This document shows, in pieces, positions 63,611 through 64,000 of a DNA stretch of 64,000 bases (position 1 is its first letter; each line of letters opens with the position of its first letter). The translations under genes were made by a program, and so were the position numbers. This DNA is from Rhizophagus irregularis. Lineage: Eukaryota. The DNA lies in the NCBI RefSeq assembly GCF_026210795.1, contig NC_089432.1:4836001-4900000 (forward strand), read 5' to 3'. The notes beneath the pieces were generated by a model. The model did no database searches. It had not been told where the DNA came from and worked only from the letters and a program-made list of their open reading frames with translations.

Positions 63611-64000
63611 TTAATTATCTATATCTAAAAATTTATTAAAAAAAGACTTTAGTAGTGATTTTTTAAATTAATTAAAAATTTCAAATTTAAAAATAAAGAA
63701 TCCTTACTATCCGGAAGTTCCAATTCATCTTGTTCTTCCGAATGAAGATTTGGATTATTATGTATTTCATCATCATCTACAAATAAAATAATTATTTAGA
63801 AAGTATTAAATTAATTATTATTATAATTATTATAATCAGTTTAAATAATTATATTAAATACCGTCAATATCATCATGATATTTTTTTATTTGTTGTTGCA
63901 TTGATTCTTGAATAACTAAAAATTAAAATAACGTTATGTTCAATTTTTAAACAATTAAATAGATAATATTAAACATTATACTTACCATTTTTTGAATTCC
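63611..64000 (-). CDS. 3' micro-exons of another TKL kinase (gene extends beyond the window)
   Basis: DDDEIHNNPNLHSEEQDELELPD exon with GT-AG borders; same tail and downstream sequence as 42243-44522. Confidence 0.75.

Overview
Very AT-rich, intron-containing eukaryotic DNA whose gene families (tyrosine-kinase-like [TKL] kinases with HxDxHSGN/DLG motifs, kinase-Sel1 fusions, F-box-like and Crinkler-like relics) match an arbuscular mycorrhizal fungus (Glomeromycotina, Rhizophagus-like; inferred from family content, no search run). Apparently intact genes: two spliced TKL kinases, an intronless vWA-alpha-kinase, two tandem intronless P-loop GTPase + hydrophobic segment + Cys/His-rich paralogs, a pseudokinase-Sel1 gene, a helical domain + RING/U-box + TPR gene, and the 3' end of another kinase. 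Also present: a kinase-Sel1 gene with one in-frame TGA, many pseudogene fragments, a degenerate 28S rRNA fragment, and many non-autonomous mobile elements with readable ends (CCC-ended TIR elements, a nested 9-bp-TSD element, a Helitron, TA-TSD MITEs, an 8-bp-TSD element, two retroposed inserts). The best novelty candidate is the GTPase pair with a hypervariable membrane segment, set within a signalling/immune-like gene cluster. Exon boundaries and alignments were read by eye.
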